DNA of 64,000 nt, from the IMG/VR virus record IMGVR_UViG_3300042301_003932; one strand, 5' to 3'. The translations under genes and the position numbers were made by a program. Under the pieces are notes generated by a model. That model was not told the origin of the DNA, did no database searches, and saw nothing but the letters and a program-made list of their open reading frames with translations. Positions 1 to 7,838 of the stretch are shown here, in pieces (within the stretch, counting starts at the first letter, position 1; each line of letters begins with the position of its first letter). The stretch is from a virus.

Positions 1-31
1 TACATTTCTTTTATTTATTTGTTAAACGTTT

Positions 32-139
32 TTAACTCATAAGTGAAAATACCCTCGACGGTTTAGGCGTAATATAACTAAACGACCACTGATTGTTCGG
101 TTTGTTACAAAGGACCATATGTCTAAGGTTTGTTTTCAT
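32..139 (-). CDS. Possible 35-aa small ORF (MKTNLRHMVLCNKPNNQWSFSYITPKPSRVFSLMS)
   Basis: Manually translated; TATTTAT motif just upstream; precedes an ATG at position 5 that runs off the window. Confidence 0.3.
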   Translation of the reverse strand: MKTNLRHMVLCNKPNNQWSFSYITPKPSRVFSLMS

Positions 140-222
140 TTTTTGTTATAAATATATCGTTGTTTACTAAAAGTTTAAATTCTTATACAAATATACGTGT
201 TTTATTTTAATTGACAAGTGTT

Positions 223-498
223 TTAATCTCTTTTTTTATTTTTTCTTCTTGATAATCCTTCATTATAAATTTTTTGTAAAACCGCACCAACATTTGATCC
301 ATAATTATCAACGGTTTTTCCTAAGATGTCTTCAACATCTGAAAATTCTTTCATAACCATAATACGACTTATTTTTTTGAATACATCATCAAAAAATTCA
401 TCTGAAATATCATTCATTGATTTTTTATCTTCTTTTTCTTCGTTTACCACACGTCTAACAATACGTGATAAATCTCTTTCTGTTAATCTATTTCTCAT
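223..498 (-). CDS. Hypothetical protein with LTE(S/R)DL leader
   Basis: N-terminus MRNRLTERDLSRIVRRVVNEE. Confidence 0.8.
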   Translation of the reverse strand: MRNRLTERDLSRIVRRVVNEEKEDKKSMNDISDEFFDDVFKKISRIMVMKEFSDVEDILGKTVDNYGSNVGAVLQKIYNEGLSRRKNKKRD

Positions 499-518
499 TT
501 TAATTGTTTTTTTTTATT

Positions 519-1298
519 TTATACAAATTCTTCATCATCAAATTCTTCAAAATCATCATCATCAAAATCTGAATCATAGTATGGATTATACATACTTAAA
601 TCTTTATATTCATCAAATGGGTCTTCTTCCGGCCCCATTAACTCTGTTCCTTCAAAATCTCTCATTCCTGGTCTTAAAGCACTTTTGTAATCGTCTTTTT
701 TAATTCTTCTAAATTCTCTTGGATCATAGTCTTTGAATCTTTTTTTGGTAATAAAATCATCAAATCCTTCACCTAACTCTTCATCTCTTCCTTTTGTTTT
801 TGCAAAAGCTCTCTTTAAATCGTTTACTGAATGTCCACCTATTGAATCGTATGGTTCATCAAAATCAGCAAATCCTTCTTGATTCATTAATTCTTGAATG
901 TCGTTAGCTAAATCATCATAACCTTCATCATTTAACGCACCAACTATATCCGATTCATCCATTTCATTAATTTCATCAATTGAATAATCACATTCATTTT
1001 CCAAAATATCTCTTGCTTCTTCAATTAAATCTTGAAGCTCCTCTTCACCTCTATCAGTTTCTCCCCACTCTTCATCTTCTTCCTCATCGTCAAAAAATCT
1101 ACCTCTCATGGTTCTATCATCTTCGTCATCTAATCCATCATACATGGTATTATCAAAATCGCTGAAGTCATCTTCTTCTTCGTGATCGTCCCAATTTTTA
1201 TCAGCACCTCTCATGAAATCTTCATCTTCCATTTCGTTGATGCTTTTTTGAATGATTCTTCTTAAATCACTTTCTGTTAGTCTTATTACGTTTTTCAT
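519..1298 (-). CDS. Highly acidic hypothetical protein with LTESDL leader (putative internal head protein)
   Basis: [22 protein letters not shown]; D/E-rich; TATTTAT upstream. Confidence 0.8.
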   Translation of the reverse strand: MKNVIRLTESDLRRIIQKSINEMEDEDFMRGADKNWDDHEEEDDFSDFDNTMYDGLDDEDDRTMRGRFFDDEEEDEEWGETDRGEEELQDLIEEARDILENECDYSIDEINEMDESDIVGALNDEGYDDLANDIQELMNQEGFADFDEPYDSIGGHSVNDLKRAFAKTKGRDEELGEGFDDFITKKRFKDYDPREFRRIKKDDYKSALRPGMRDFEGTELMGPEEDPFDEYKDLSMYNPYYDSDFDDDDFEEFDDEEFV

Positions 1299-1328
1299 TA
1301 TTTTTTTATTTATAAATAGTTTCTTATT

Positions 1329-2288
1329 TTAAAACTTTATCTCGTATCTATAATTTTCTAATTTGTATGCATCAATTATTTCAACAAAGTCGTCATCCAA
1401 ACCAACCCTTTCTTGTCTTTCTTCTTTTGTTATATCATCATCTGGAAAATATCTTTTATTTACAGTAAAAGAAAATGGTACTTTTTCATCATCACCATCT
1501 ATTTCTTCAAAGTCACTTAATAACATTTCCCGCCCTTCAAATTCAGATAATTTATTTCCAAGTGTTATATATGTTACTCTTGTGATATTATACTTGTATG
1601 TACCACTATCTTCTTCACCGTAACCATCACAATATCCACAAGTGTATGATCCATAACCTCCGCAATCTTCACAAGTTTTACCACCCGATCCTTCACACTC
1701 TGGACATTCATAATCACCTTGTCCACCACAATTTCTACAATCTTCTTTTCCAGAACCTCCACAACCACCACAATCCACTTCAACTTCTACTTCTTCACCT
1801 TCATCATCTTCTTCTGTGTCAGTTTCAGTTCCTTTACCATCACAATGCCTACATTCTTCAGTTCCTTCACCATAACATTCGTAACATTCAATTTTTCCTT
1901 CACCATCACAATATCTACAATCTTGATTACCCGTACCGTCACATCTACTACATTCTTCATCACCACTACCATAACAGTTACTACATTCTTGTTTTATTTC
2001 TTCTGTATTGTCATAAAAATCAATAACGTATAAAAAAAGACGTGAAGATAAACCAATAATAGTTTCTTTTTTATATCTACCTGTAATAATAAGATAGGAC
2101 ATAAAAACAAGTTTAACTTTGTCTGCAGGTGTTGATACTCTTGATAATAAAAGTAATGCAAAATGATTAGTTCTACAAATATTAACTATTTTATTAAAAC
2201 CAATAAAACCGTTTTCTCCGTATTCGTCTTTTGCAACTTCAGCTAATGATTGTGCAATTCCATAAAGTTTGTTTGGATCTAATGACAT
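1329..2288 (-). CDS. Protein with ten DnaJ-type CxxCxGxG zinc-finger repeats, no J domain
   Basis: CSNCYGSG, CSRCDGTG, CRYCDGEG, CYECYGEG, CRHCDGKG, CGGCGGSG, CRNCGGQG, CPECEGSG, CEDCGGYG, CGYCDGYG. Confidence 0.85.
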   Translation of the reverse strand: MSLDPNKLYGIAQSLAEVAKDEYGENGFIGFNKIVNICRTNHFALLLLSRVSTPADKVKLVFMSYLIITGRYKKETIIGLSSRLFLYVIDFYDNTEEIKQECSNCYGSGDEECSRCDGTGNQDCRYCDGEGKIECYECYGEGTEECRHCDGKGTETDTEEDDEGEEVEVEVDCGGCGGSGKEDCRNCGGQGDYECPECEGSGGKTCEDCGGYGSYTCGYCDGYGEEDSGTYKYNITRVTYITLGNKLSEFEGREMLLSDFEEIDGDDEKVPFSFTVNKRYFPDDDITKEERQERVGLDDDFVEIIDAYKLENYRYEIKF

Positions 2289-2320
2289 ATTAAATAAATA
2301 TGATCATTTTAGAAAAAAGA

Positions 2321-2380
2321 AACCGTGATGGGAGTCAAACCCACACCAATTTTTGTGCTAACCAATTACACCACACGGAT
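2321..2380 (-). pseudogene. tRNA-like element lacking the anticodon arm
   Basis: Minus strand ATCCGTG-TG-GTGTAATTGGTTAGCAC-AAAAATTGGT-GTGGGTTTGACTCCCAT-CACGGTT: acceptor stem, D arm and T arm present, anticodon stem-loop absent. Confidence 0.6.
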
Positions 2381-2491
2381 TTCTTTGTTATTCTTAACTA
2401 CCGAGTTAATTTTTCTTTATTGCTTTTACGGCCGAGTATTAGACAAAAGGGTAAAAATAACAAAATCCCTGAGAGGTTATCTATAAATATC

Positions 2492-2785
2492 TTATAGTTC
2501 TTGAACTTGAAACATAACCCAATCAACCTCACCTTCAGTTAAATGACCCAGTACGTCATCAGTAATATGAGTGTTGTAAGATATTTCCCAAGTCTTTTCA
2601 TTACCATAAATTACAGCAACCTCCCACTCACTATCGTTTGATGTGTAAGATGAATAATTATTAACATCATAGGTAGCCTTATATCTAACAACAGATACAC
2701 CATAACCATTTTCAAAAAAGATTAGTCCATGAAGTCCTTCACCATATTTGTGTGGTTTAAATTTTATGTCCTTGAATGATTTCAT
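2492..2785 (-). CDS. Phage hypothetical protein
   Basis: FENGYGVSVV...WEVAVI...ITDDVLGHLTE pattern typical of a small phage family. Confidence 0.8.
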   Translation of the reverse strand: MKSFKDIKFKPHKYGEGLHGLIFFENGYGVSVVRYKATYDVNNYSSYTSNDSEWEVAVIYGNEKTWEISYNTHITDDVLGHLTEGEVDWVMFQVQEL

Positions 2786-3084
2786 TAGTTATTTAACATT
2801 GCGTATTGATCTTCTTCTAAACCTTTTAATCCAAGTTTTTCTAAGGCCATTTTTAATACGTGAAGTTGTTTTGCCACGTTATGTTTATTAACAAGTAAAT
2901 TTCCAAGACTTATACCTGTTTCTTTTTGAAACTTATTGAAGTTTAAAAGTCTTGATTCTAAACGTAGTCTTAATTCACAACCCGATATGTAAAATTCTAA
3001 AAGTTGTTGTTTGTTGAAAATTTCAATTAAATGGTCTGATTCATGTTCCATGGCGAAAAATAGTGTTATAAGTTCTTTGTTCAT
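2785..3084 (-). CDS. Hypothetical protein
   Basis: ORF coupled to next gene; TATCTTTG promoter motif upstream (~3099-3106). Confidence 0.7.
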   Translation of the reverse strand: MNKELITLFFAMEHESDHLIEIFNKQQLLEFYISGCELRLRLESRLLNFNKFQKETGISLGNLLVNKHNVAKQLHVLKMALEKLGLKGLEEDQYAMLNN

Positions 3085-3095
3085 TTTGTTTATTT

Positions 3096-3203
3096 CTACA
3101 AAGATACATATTTTTCTGAATATTCGTCAAGTTCTTTAAGATATTTTATGAACTCTTCACTGTTAATGAACTCGTCGTGGATTTGTTGGTGTGTGTCTTC
3201 CAT
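3096..3203 (-). CDS. Small acidic ORF (35 aa, MEDTHQQIHDEFINSEEFIKYLKELDEYSEKYVSL)
   Basis: Manually translated; fills the gap directly downstream of the tRNA. Confidence 0.45.
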   Translation of the reverse strand: MEDTHQQIHDEFINSEEFIKYLKELDEYSEKYVSL

Positions 3204-3216
3204 CTTTTTTGTTTTG

Positions 3217-3288
3217 TGATTCCGCCTGGATTCGAACCAGGAATAGAAGATTAGAAATCTACTGTGATATCCCTTTCACCACGGAACC
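3217..3288 (-). tRNA. tRNA-Arg (anticodon UCU), CCA not encoded
   Basis: GGTTCCG/CGGAATC acceptor stem, anticodon loop TTTCTAA, T arm CCTGG-TTCGAAT-CCAGG. Confidence 0.92.
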
Positions 3289-3294
3289 ATTTAG

Positions 3295-3471
3295 TTAAAT
3301 CTTTTTAACCTCGTATTTGTGACCTGAATCTGAGTTTAATTCAAATATGTCCCTCATTTCTTCAGCCTCCTTAATGGTGTCAAATTCCCAAATCTCACTA
3401 TCAGAGTTTAATAAGATTACAGGAACTTTCTTTTTACTGTCTGCTTTAATATGTTTAATAATTACGTACAT
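3295..3471 (-). CDS. Hypothetical protein (start revised to MYVII)
   Basis: ORF track 3295..3513; the upstream extension overlaps a terminator. Confidence 0.7.
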   Translation of the reverse strand: MYVIIKHIKADSKKKVPVILLNSDSEIWEFDTIKEAEEMRDIFELNSDSGHKYEVKKI

Positions 3472-3495
3472 AGTTTTTTTAATAATTATACAAAA

Positions 3496-3529
3496 TAAAA
3501 ATCCCCCAGTCAATTAAGAAAGGGGGATT
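3496..3529 (-). terminator. Intrinsic terminator
   Basis: AATCCCCC...GGGGGATT inverted repeat followed by T-run on minus strand. Confidence 0.6.
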
Positions 3530-3547
3530 AATCTATATTTTATTTTT

Positions 3548-3847
3548 TTAAGTTCCGATAATTAACCCACCCAAATCAAGACCAGCACTACCTTTTAATC
3601 TATCTTCAACTTCTCCATACATGTAAGTTTTAACAACAGCAGTCACTGATTGTTCAGATTGGGCAATTTTTGTTTCCATCCAATCTTCCAATTGTTCACC
3701 TTCTTCCATCATTTCCCACATTTTATATGCCAAAGTTGCGATTGTAAAAAGTTGTTGTTTTGCCATATAAGAACCATCATCATGATTCTCATTTAAAAAC
3801 TTAACCATTTTTTCTAATTGGCTCTCTGTTATGATAATTTTACTCAT
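3548..3847 (-). CDS. Hypothetical protein with ITESQL leader
   Basis: MSKIIITESQLEKMVKFLNE; MAKQQL...WMETKI segment. Confidence 0.8.
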   Translation of the reverse strand: MSKIIITESQLEKMVKFLNENHDDGSYMAKQQLFTIATLAYKMWEMMEEGEQLEDWMETKIAQSEQSVTAVVKTYMYGEVEDRLKGSAGLDLGGLIIGT

Positions 3848-3853
3848 ATTTTT

Positions 3854-4411
3854 TTACATTTTCATAAACTTAGGATTAAAGTCTAAAATTGTTTTTTGTA
3901 ATTCATCAATTTTTTTTGTTAAAACACCAAGACTGTTTCTTAATTGTTCATTTCTTCCTTGGTAATTCTGAGTTTTTGTATTAAGTCTATCCAATTTTTC
4001 CGTTTCTTTTGCCAATTTTTCTTGTAGTTTTTCTTTTTTATTCTCATCAGTCTCTGAATCAACTTGTTTTTGTAAGTTATTAACTATGTTTTGTTGTTGT
4101 TCGGCGTTTCCTGATGTTTTTTGTATGGAGTTATACATCTCTCTTTCTCTATCGGTAAAGGTTTTTTGAAGGTCTGTTGAGTAGTCTGTTAAACTATTAT
4201 ATAATTGATCACTCTTAGCCTTTATTCTTGCAAATGCTGCTTCTATTGCTGGTGATCTATCTTGATCGGCACCTGTAAATATGTTACCAAGTGATGCACC
4301 AACTCTAGCCTTTAATCCCGCAAGATTTGCGTTTTGTTCATTTAAAAAATTATTCTCCAATCTTTGGTTGGATTCTTGCATGTGTCTAATTTTACTATAA
4401 CTTCTACTCAT
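3854..4411 (-). CDS. Coiled-coil hypothetical protein
   Basis: MSRSYSKIRHMQESNQRLENNFLNEQ leader, then heptad-rich sequence. Confidence 0.8.
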   Translation of the reverse strand: MSRSYSKIRHMQESNQRLENNFLNEQNANLAGLKARVGASLGNIFTGADQDRSPAIEAAFARIKAKSDQLYNSLTDYSTDLQKTFTDREREMYNSIQKTSGNAEQQQNIVNNLQKQVDSETDENKKEKLQEKLAKETEKLDRLNTKTQNYQGRNEQLRNSLGVLTKKIDELQKTILDFNPKFMKM

Positions 4412-4432
4412 TTTGTTTTATTTTTTATTTTA

Positions 4433-4783
4433 TTAAAATTTATGTTTTCCAGGTTTTCCAATAAATCCAGGAGGTTTTGAAAAATTCTTAATTAAAGAAG
4501 GTTTTTTTCTTTTATATCTAAAATCAAAATCTGGTTGTTTGTTTAATATCCTCATAAATTTTTCTCCTCCACGTCTTAGTTTTTTTACAAAATCTTCAAC
4601 GTTATGACCAGCATTTTCAATTTTATCTATTATTTTTTGAAGAATCCCCGGATCAGGATCTGAGTCATCAATTAAATTAATATCTGATTCAATTGATCCG
4701 ATGACAGCATCTTCTTCTTCTTGTATTACTCTTCTTACAATTCTTGTAAGATCTGATTCTGTTAATCTAACTATTCTTTTCAT
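4433..4783 (-). CDS. Hypothetical protein with LTESDL leader
   Basis: MKRIVRLTESDLTRIVRRVIQEE. Confidence 0.8.
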   Translation of the reverse strand: MKRIVRLTESDLTRIVRRVIQEEEDAVIGSIESDINLIDDSDPDPGILQKIIDKIENAGHNVEDFVKKLRRGGEKFMRILNKQPDFDFRYKRKKPSLIKNFSKPPGFIGKPGKHKF

Positions 4784-4804
4784 TTTATTTATTTATTTAT
4801 TTTA

Positions 4805-5200
4805 TTACCATGTTCTACAAGCCCAATATCTAGGTTTCCATCTTGGACCGGGATTATCACAATTATGTCTTGCTCTAAAAGACTTTCTTCTTTCAGGGTT
4901 ATTTTTCTTTATAACCATTCTTTTACCTTTAGCCGATTTACCACCAAAACCAAAGTTTACTTTAACAACTTTACCTTTGTCGTTTTTAACATAAACTTTG
5001 AATTTTTTAATGTCACCCTGCATGATTTTTCCAAGTTGGACTTTTCTTCCTTGGTACTCGGCTTCATTTAAAAAGTAATTTTCTTCAAATTTTGTATTTT
5101 CAACTGAACCATATATGTCTTCATATATATAATTGTTGTTATTATTAGTAACATTTTTAATTACATTTATTAATTGTGATTCTGTTAATTGAATTATCAT
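4805..5200 (-). CDS. Basic phage protein with LTESQL leader
   Basis: MIIQLTESQL...LNEAEYQGRKV...RRKSFRARHNC...YWACRTW. Confidence 0.8.
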   Translation of the reverse strand: MIIQLTESQLINVIKNVTNNNNNYIYEDIYGSVENTKFEENYFLNEAEYQGRKVQLGKIMQGDIKKFKVYVKNDKGKVVKVNFGFGGKSAKGKRMVIKKNNPERRKSFRARHNCDNPGPRWKPRYWACRTW

Positions 5201-5228
5201 ACATATAAATATATCAATAATAAAAAAA

Positions 5229-5248
5229 AGGTGAGGATTACCTCACCT
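5229..5248 (-). terminator. Intrinsic terminator
   Basis: Perfect AGGTGAGG-ATTA-CCTCACCT hairpin flanked by A/T runs. Confidence 0.75.
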
Positions 5249-5316
5249 ATTTTCGGGTCGACACAAGATGTGTGCGAACTGCCACCACTTTGTTTTAAAG
5301 ATTAACAAAGAAACTA

Positions 5317-5580
5317 TTACTCCAATTTAGATTTTGCAAGTACCACCTCAGCCATTGATACTTCTTTTGTCTTACCAATAACTAATGACTCTTTCAGTAT
5401 TGAACTTGGTATGTGAACCAAAAAGTCCTTACCGTTGAAGGTTGAAAGGTTTTGATTCAACTCTATTGAAGAGTGGACCATATTTAAAAATATTTTGAAC
5501 TGAACCTCATCCATAAAAGTTTCATTTAAAACTTCCCCAAACTTAGGATGAACTATCATTACGTGTTTATGTGTTGCCAT
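5317..5580 (-). CDS. Hypothetical protein
   Basis: 87-aa ORF in gene-dense strand. Confidence 0.75.
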   Translation of the reverse strand: MATHKHVMIVHPKFGEVLNETFMDEVQFKIFLNMVHSSIELNQNLSTFNGKDFLVHIPSSILKESLVIGKTKEVSMAEVVLAKSKLE

Positions 5581-5618
5581 ATTTTTTATTTATTGTAAAG
5601 TTAAGAATAAATTTTGAA

Positions 5619-6002
5619 TTAAACAATTTCTTTGTAAGTTATTTTTTTAACAACTAAATCATCTCTATGTAGATCAAAACCAAAATATTTAAATTCGTGT
5701 TCTAATATTCTTGTAATTTTACGTCTGTAATATCCATTACATCTTACTTTGTATTTTTCACAATATCTGTTTGAGTATACCCAACATCCGACCATTTTCA
5801 TATCTACCACTACGTCAACTTCAAATATAAAACTTCCATTCCATACCTTTTTATACTTTCTTACGTTAACCATTTTTAAAACCGCGTCTGTTAATTCCTC
5901 ATAACCAGAATCAGCCATTGGTTTCATATCAAAACATGTGTCTTTAAAAATTGTTTTGATTGCTTTTATTTGTGTGTCTTTAATTGCCCTACCATCTTTC
6001 AT
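5619..6002 (-). CDS. Hypothetical protein, paralog of 6030..6440
   Basis: Shares IKAxK, (V/I)RKYK, (F/Y)EVDVxVDM, YSNxYC, RCNGY, KYF motifs with neighbour. Confidence 0.8.
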   Translation of the reverse strand: MKDGRAIKDTQIKAIKTIFKDTCFDMKPMADSGYEELTDAVLKMVNVRKYKKVWNGSFIFEVDVVVDMKMVGCWVYSNRYCEKYKVRCNGYYRRKITRILEHEFKYFGFDLHRDDLVVKKITYKEIV

Positions 6003-6029
6003 GACACAAAGATAGTGATTTTATTTTGA

Positions 6030-6440
6030 TTATGAAAAACTTTTGTACTCAATTTTTGAAATATTCACATCGTCACGACCATCTATTGAAAAATATTTCA
6101 ATTCTTGTAACACCGTACCTAAGATACCATTTCTGAAATATCCGTTACATCTTCTTGAATGTCTTGTACAATAATCATTACTATAATAGTAACTACTATT
6201 TCTCATGTCTACAATAACATCAACTTCGTATACATATTGTTCTTGGTTGTCAGTCCAAGCGGTTCTTCTGTGTTTATATTTTCTAATGGATTTAATTTTA
6301 ACCACCGCACCTTTTAAGTCGTCGTCAAAATAGTAACCCTCATTTTTATAAAATTTAATTTCAGTATCTTTAGTTAATTTTTTAACTGCCTTAATATGAT
6401 TGTCCAAGATGTGTTTTCCGGTTTTATATTTGTTTTCCAT
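6030..6440 (-). CDS. Hypothetical protein, paralog of 5619..6002 (start revised to MENKY)
   Basis: Same motifs; identical 17-bp promoter/start context CATGACACAAAGATAGT. Confidence 0.8.
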   Translation of the reverse strand: MENKYKTGKHILDNHIKAVKKLTKDTEIKFYKNEGYYFDDDLKGAVVKIKSIRKYKHRRTAWTDNQEQYVYEVDVIVDMRNSSYYYSNDYCTRHSRRCNGYFRNGILGTVLQELKYFSIDGRDDVNISKIEYKSFS

Positions 6441-6472
6441 GACACAAAGATAGTAAAAAAAATTAAATGCAC

Positions 6473-6504
6473 AAAAAAATGGATACAAATTTTATTGCAT
6501 CCAT
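6473..6504 (-). terminator. Probable terminator of the large ncRNA
   Basis: Minus ATGGATGCAA...TTGTATCCAT followed by T-run. Confidence 0.55.
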
Positions 6505-6540
6505 CAATTTTTTTTTACCAGTAATCATGTTTTAAAAAAA

Positions 6541-7358
6541 AGGTTGAGATTACACCTGTTATTGAGAACCTTTAGAGTCATTATTTATTCTACTCTTATC
6601 CACTTCCTTTTGAGAAGTATTCCTCAGTGACGATTATTTAGGTGAATCACTCCTTGAGGTTTGAATTACTCTCATCTTACTTGACTCTTTCCGAGGATGC
6701 CTCCCCAGTTCGTCCTTGCGGGACTAAAGGTTTTTCGGATAATTACACTCAGACTTGGGATCCTTGTGTGCAATGAACGGCTCATTACTATGTAGTCACC
6801 TTTCATCCAAACCTGACAGACACTTTTCCTTTTTGTAGTTAATAATTTAGTTTTATTACTTTCCATAAAGTGTTTGTGTTGTGGATTGTCAAAGTAGTGG
6901 TCTGCCAACCGAGCCAACCCATCTTTTGGACGAATCGATACTCAACTACTCTGTGAAATGTCCCCATTTCCATACATCAAGATTACTTCAAAACAATTCC
7001 TTTGGTAAGGAATCATTAGGGTTGGTAACAGCACCACCTGTACACGAACATACCTTTCGGTTTTAAGTACCCTATCATAATGGAACTCGCAATAATAAAA
7101 TTGGATAATCTTATTTTTTGCATAATTCCTACGGGTTATTCCTCTTGGTGTTCCCACCTCAAACTGACAACCCACATTGCCAGTTCGTCGAACCACTTTC
7201 CCTACAGCGTTGCCCTCGGTACTAAAGGTTAAACGGTATCCCGCTTGTGTACTCGACCTCGACAAGTCCGAAGACTCACCAAGACGCAAACCCATTACAC
7301 GTTAGGTTCACTTTATCCCACTTTCGTGGTTTATTTTAATGGACCATACACGGCCCAA
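6541..7358 (-). ncRNA. Large structured ncRNA, GOLLD-like (~820 nt)
   Basis: GC-enriched island with no credible ORF; tetraloop hairpins CCAC-GAAA-GTGG, AGTC-TTCG-GACT, ACC-GAAA-GGT, GAAATG-GGGA-CATTTC and AACTGGCAA/TTGTCAGTT helix; 3' end ...GTGGATAAGAGTAGAATAAATAATGACTCTAAAGG...AGGTGTAATCTCAACCT resembles GOLLD as I recall it; size and phage/tRNA context fit. Confidence 0.75.
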
Positions 7359-7442
7359 TGACTTAATTTAGTTTCACACTTAAAGAAAGGGAGGTGTTAA
7401 TTCGCTTTTTATAATTGTGACGACAATTTCAGTCGGTTTTAG

Positions 7443-7456
7443 TTTTTCAAAGAACG
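7443..7456 (-). promoter_or_regulatory. boxA-like antitermination element in the ncRNA leader
   Basis: Minus CGTTCTTTGAAAAA resembles rrn boxA; lies between promoter and RNA. Confidence 0.45.
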
Positions 7457-7510
7457 TTTTTTAGACTTGACAACGAGTATCTTTCATCTCCTTTAGTTTC
7501 AAATCTTTTA

Positions 7511-7518
7511 CAAAGTTA
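7511..7518 (-). promoter_or_regulatory. Bacteroidota-type -7 promoter (TAACTTTG) for the ncRNA
   Basis: Matches TAnnTTTG; TTGTC about 20 nt upstream. Confidence 0.6.
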
Positions 7519-7549
7519 AGTCTTTTTTTTCAATTAGACAAGTACTTTG

Positions 7550-7690
7550 TTAATTTTTTTCTACGTACACCTTGTCAGTTCCGTATTTTTTAGCCATGAT
7601 ATCAGCAAACTGATAATTAGGTGTATATACTTTCTGACCTTCGTTATTGATGTAGGCGTAAATTTCATTTACAACTTGATCTTCACTCAT
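7550..7690 (-). CDS. Small hypothetical protein (46 aa, MSEDQVVNEIYAYINNEGQKVYTPNYQFADIMAKKYGTDKVYVEKN)
   Basis: Manually translated; TAGATTTG promoter motif upstream (~7740-7747). Confidence 0.65.
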   Translation of the reverse strand: MSEDQVVNEIYAYINNEGQKVYTPNYQFADIMAKKYGTDKVYVEKN

Positions 7691-7838
7691 GTCTTAACAT
7701 TATTTCAATTTATTATTAGGACGTTTCCTAATTGTTTTACAAATCTAAAACATTTATTCTAAACTGTCAATTGTTTTTTTAAAAAATAATGAATTTTGTC
7801 AGAGGTATTTTATAAATATATAAATATGTTACAAAAAA

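Noticed and set aside
6672-7295. ORFs 6672-6917, 6881-7066 and 6942-7295
   Set aside because: Atypical composition, no motifs, and they lie inside the hairpin-rich RNA; treated as shadow ORFs
6541-7358. Group I/II intron, rRNA, tmRNA or RNase P identity for the structured region
   Set aside because: No interrupted host gene, no recognisable domain V or P7 core, no tRNA-like ends or tag ORF; cannot be fully excluded without cmscan
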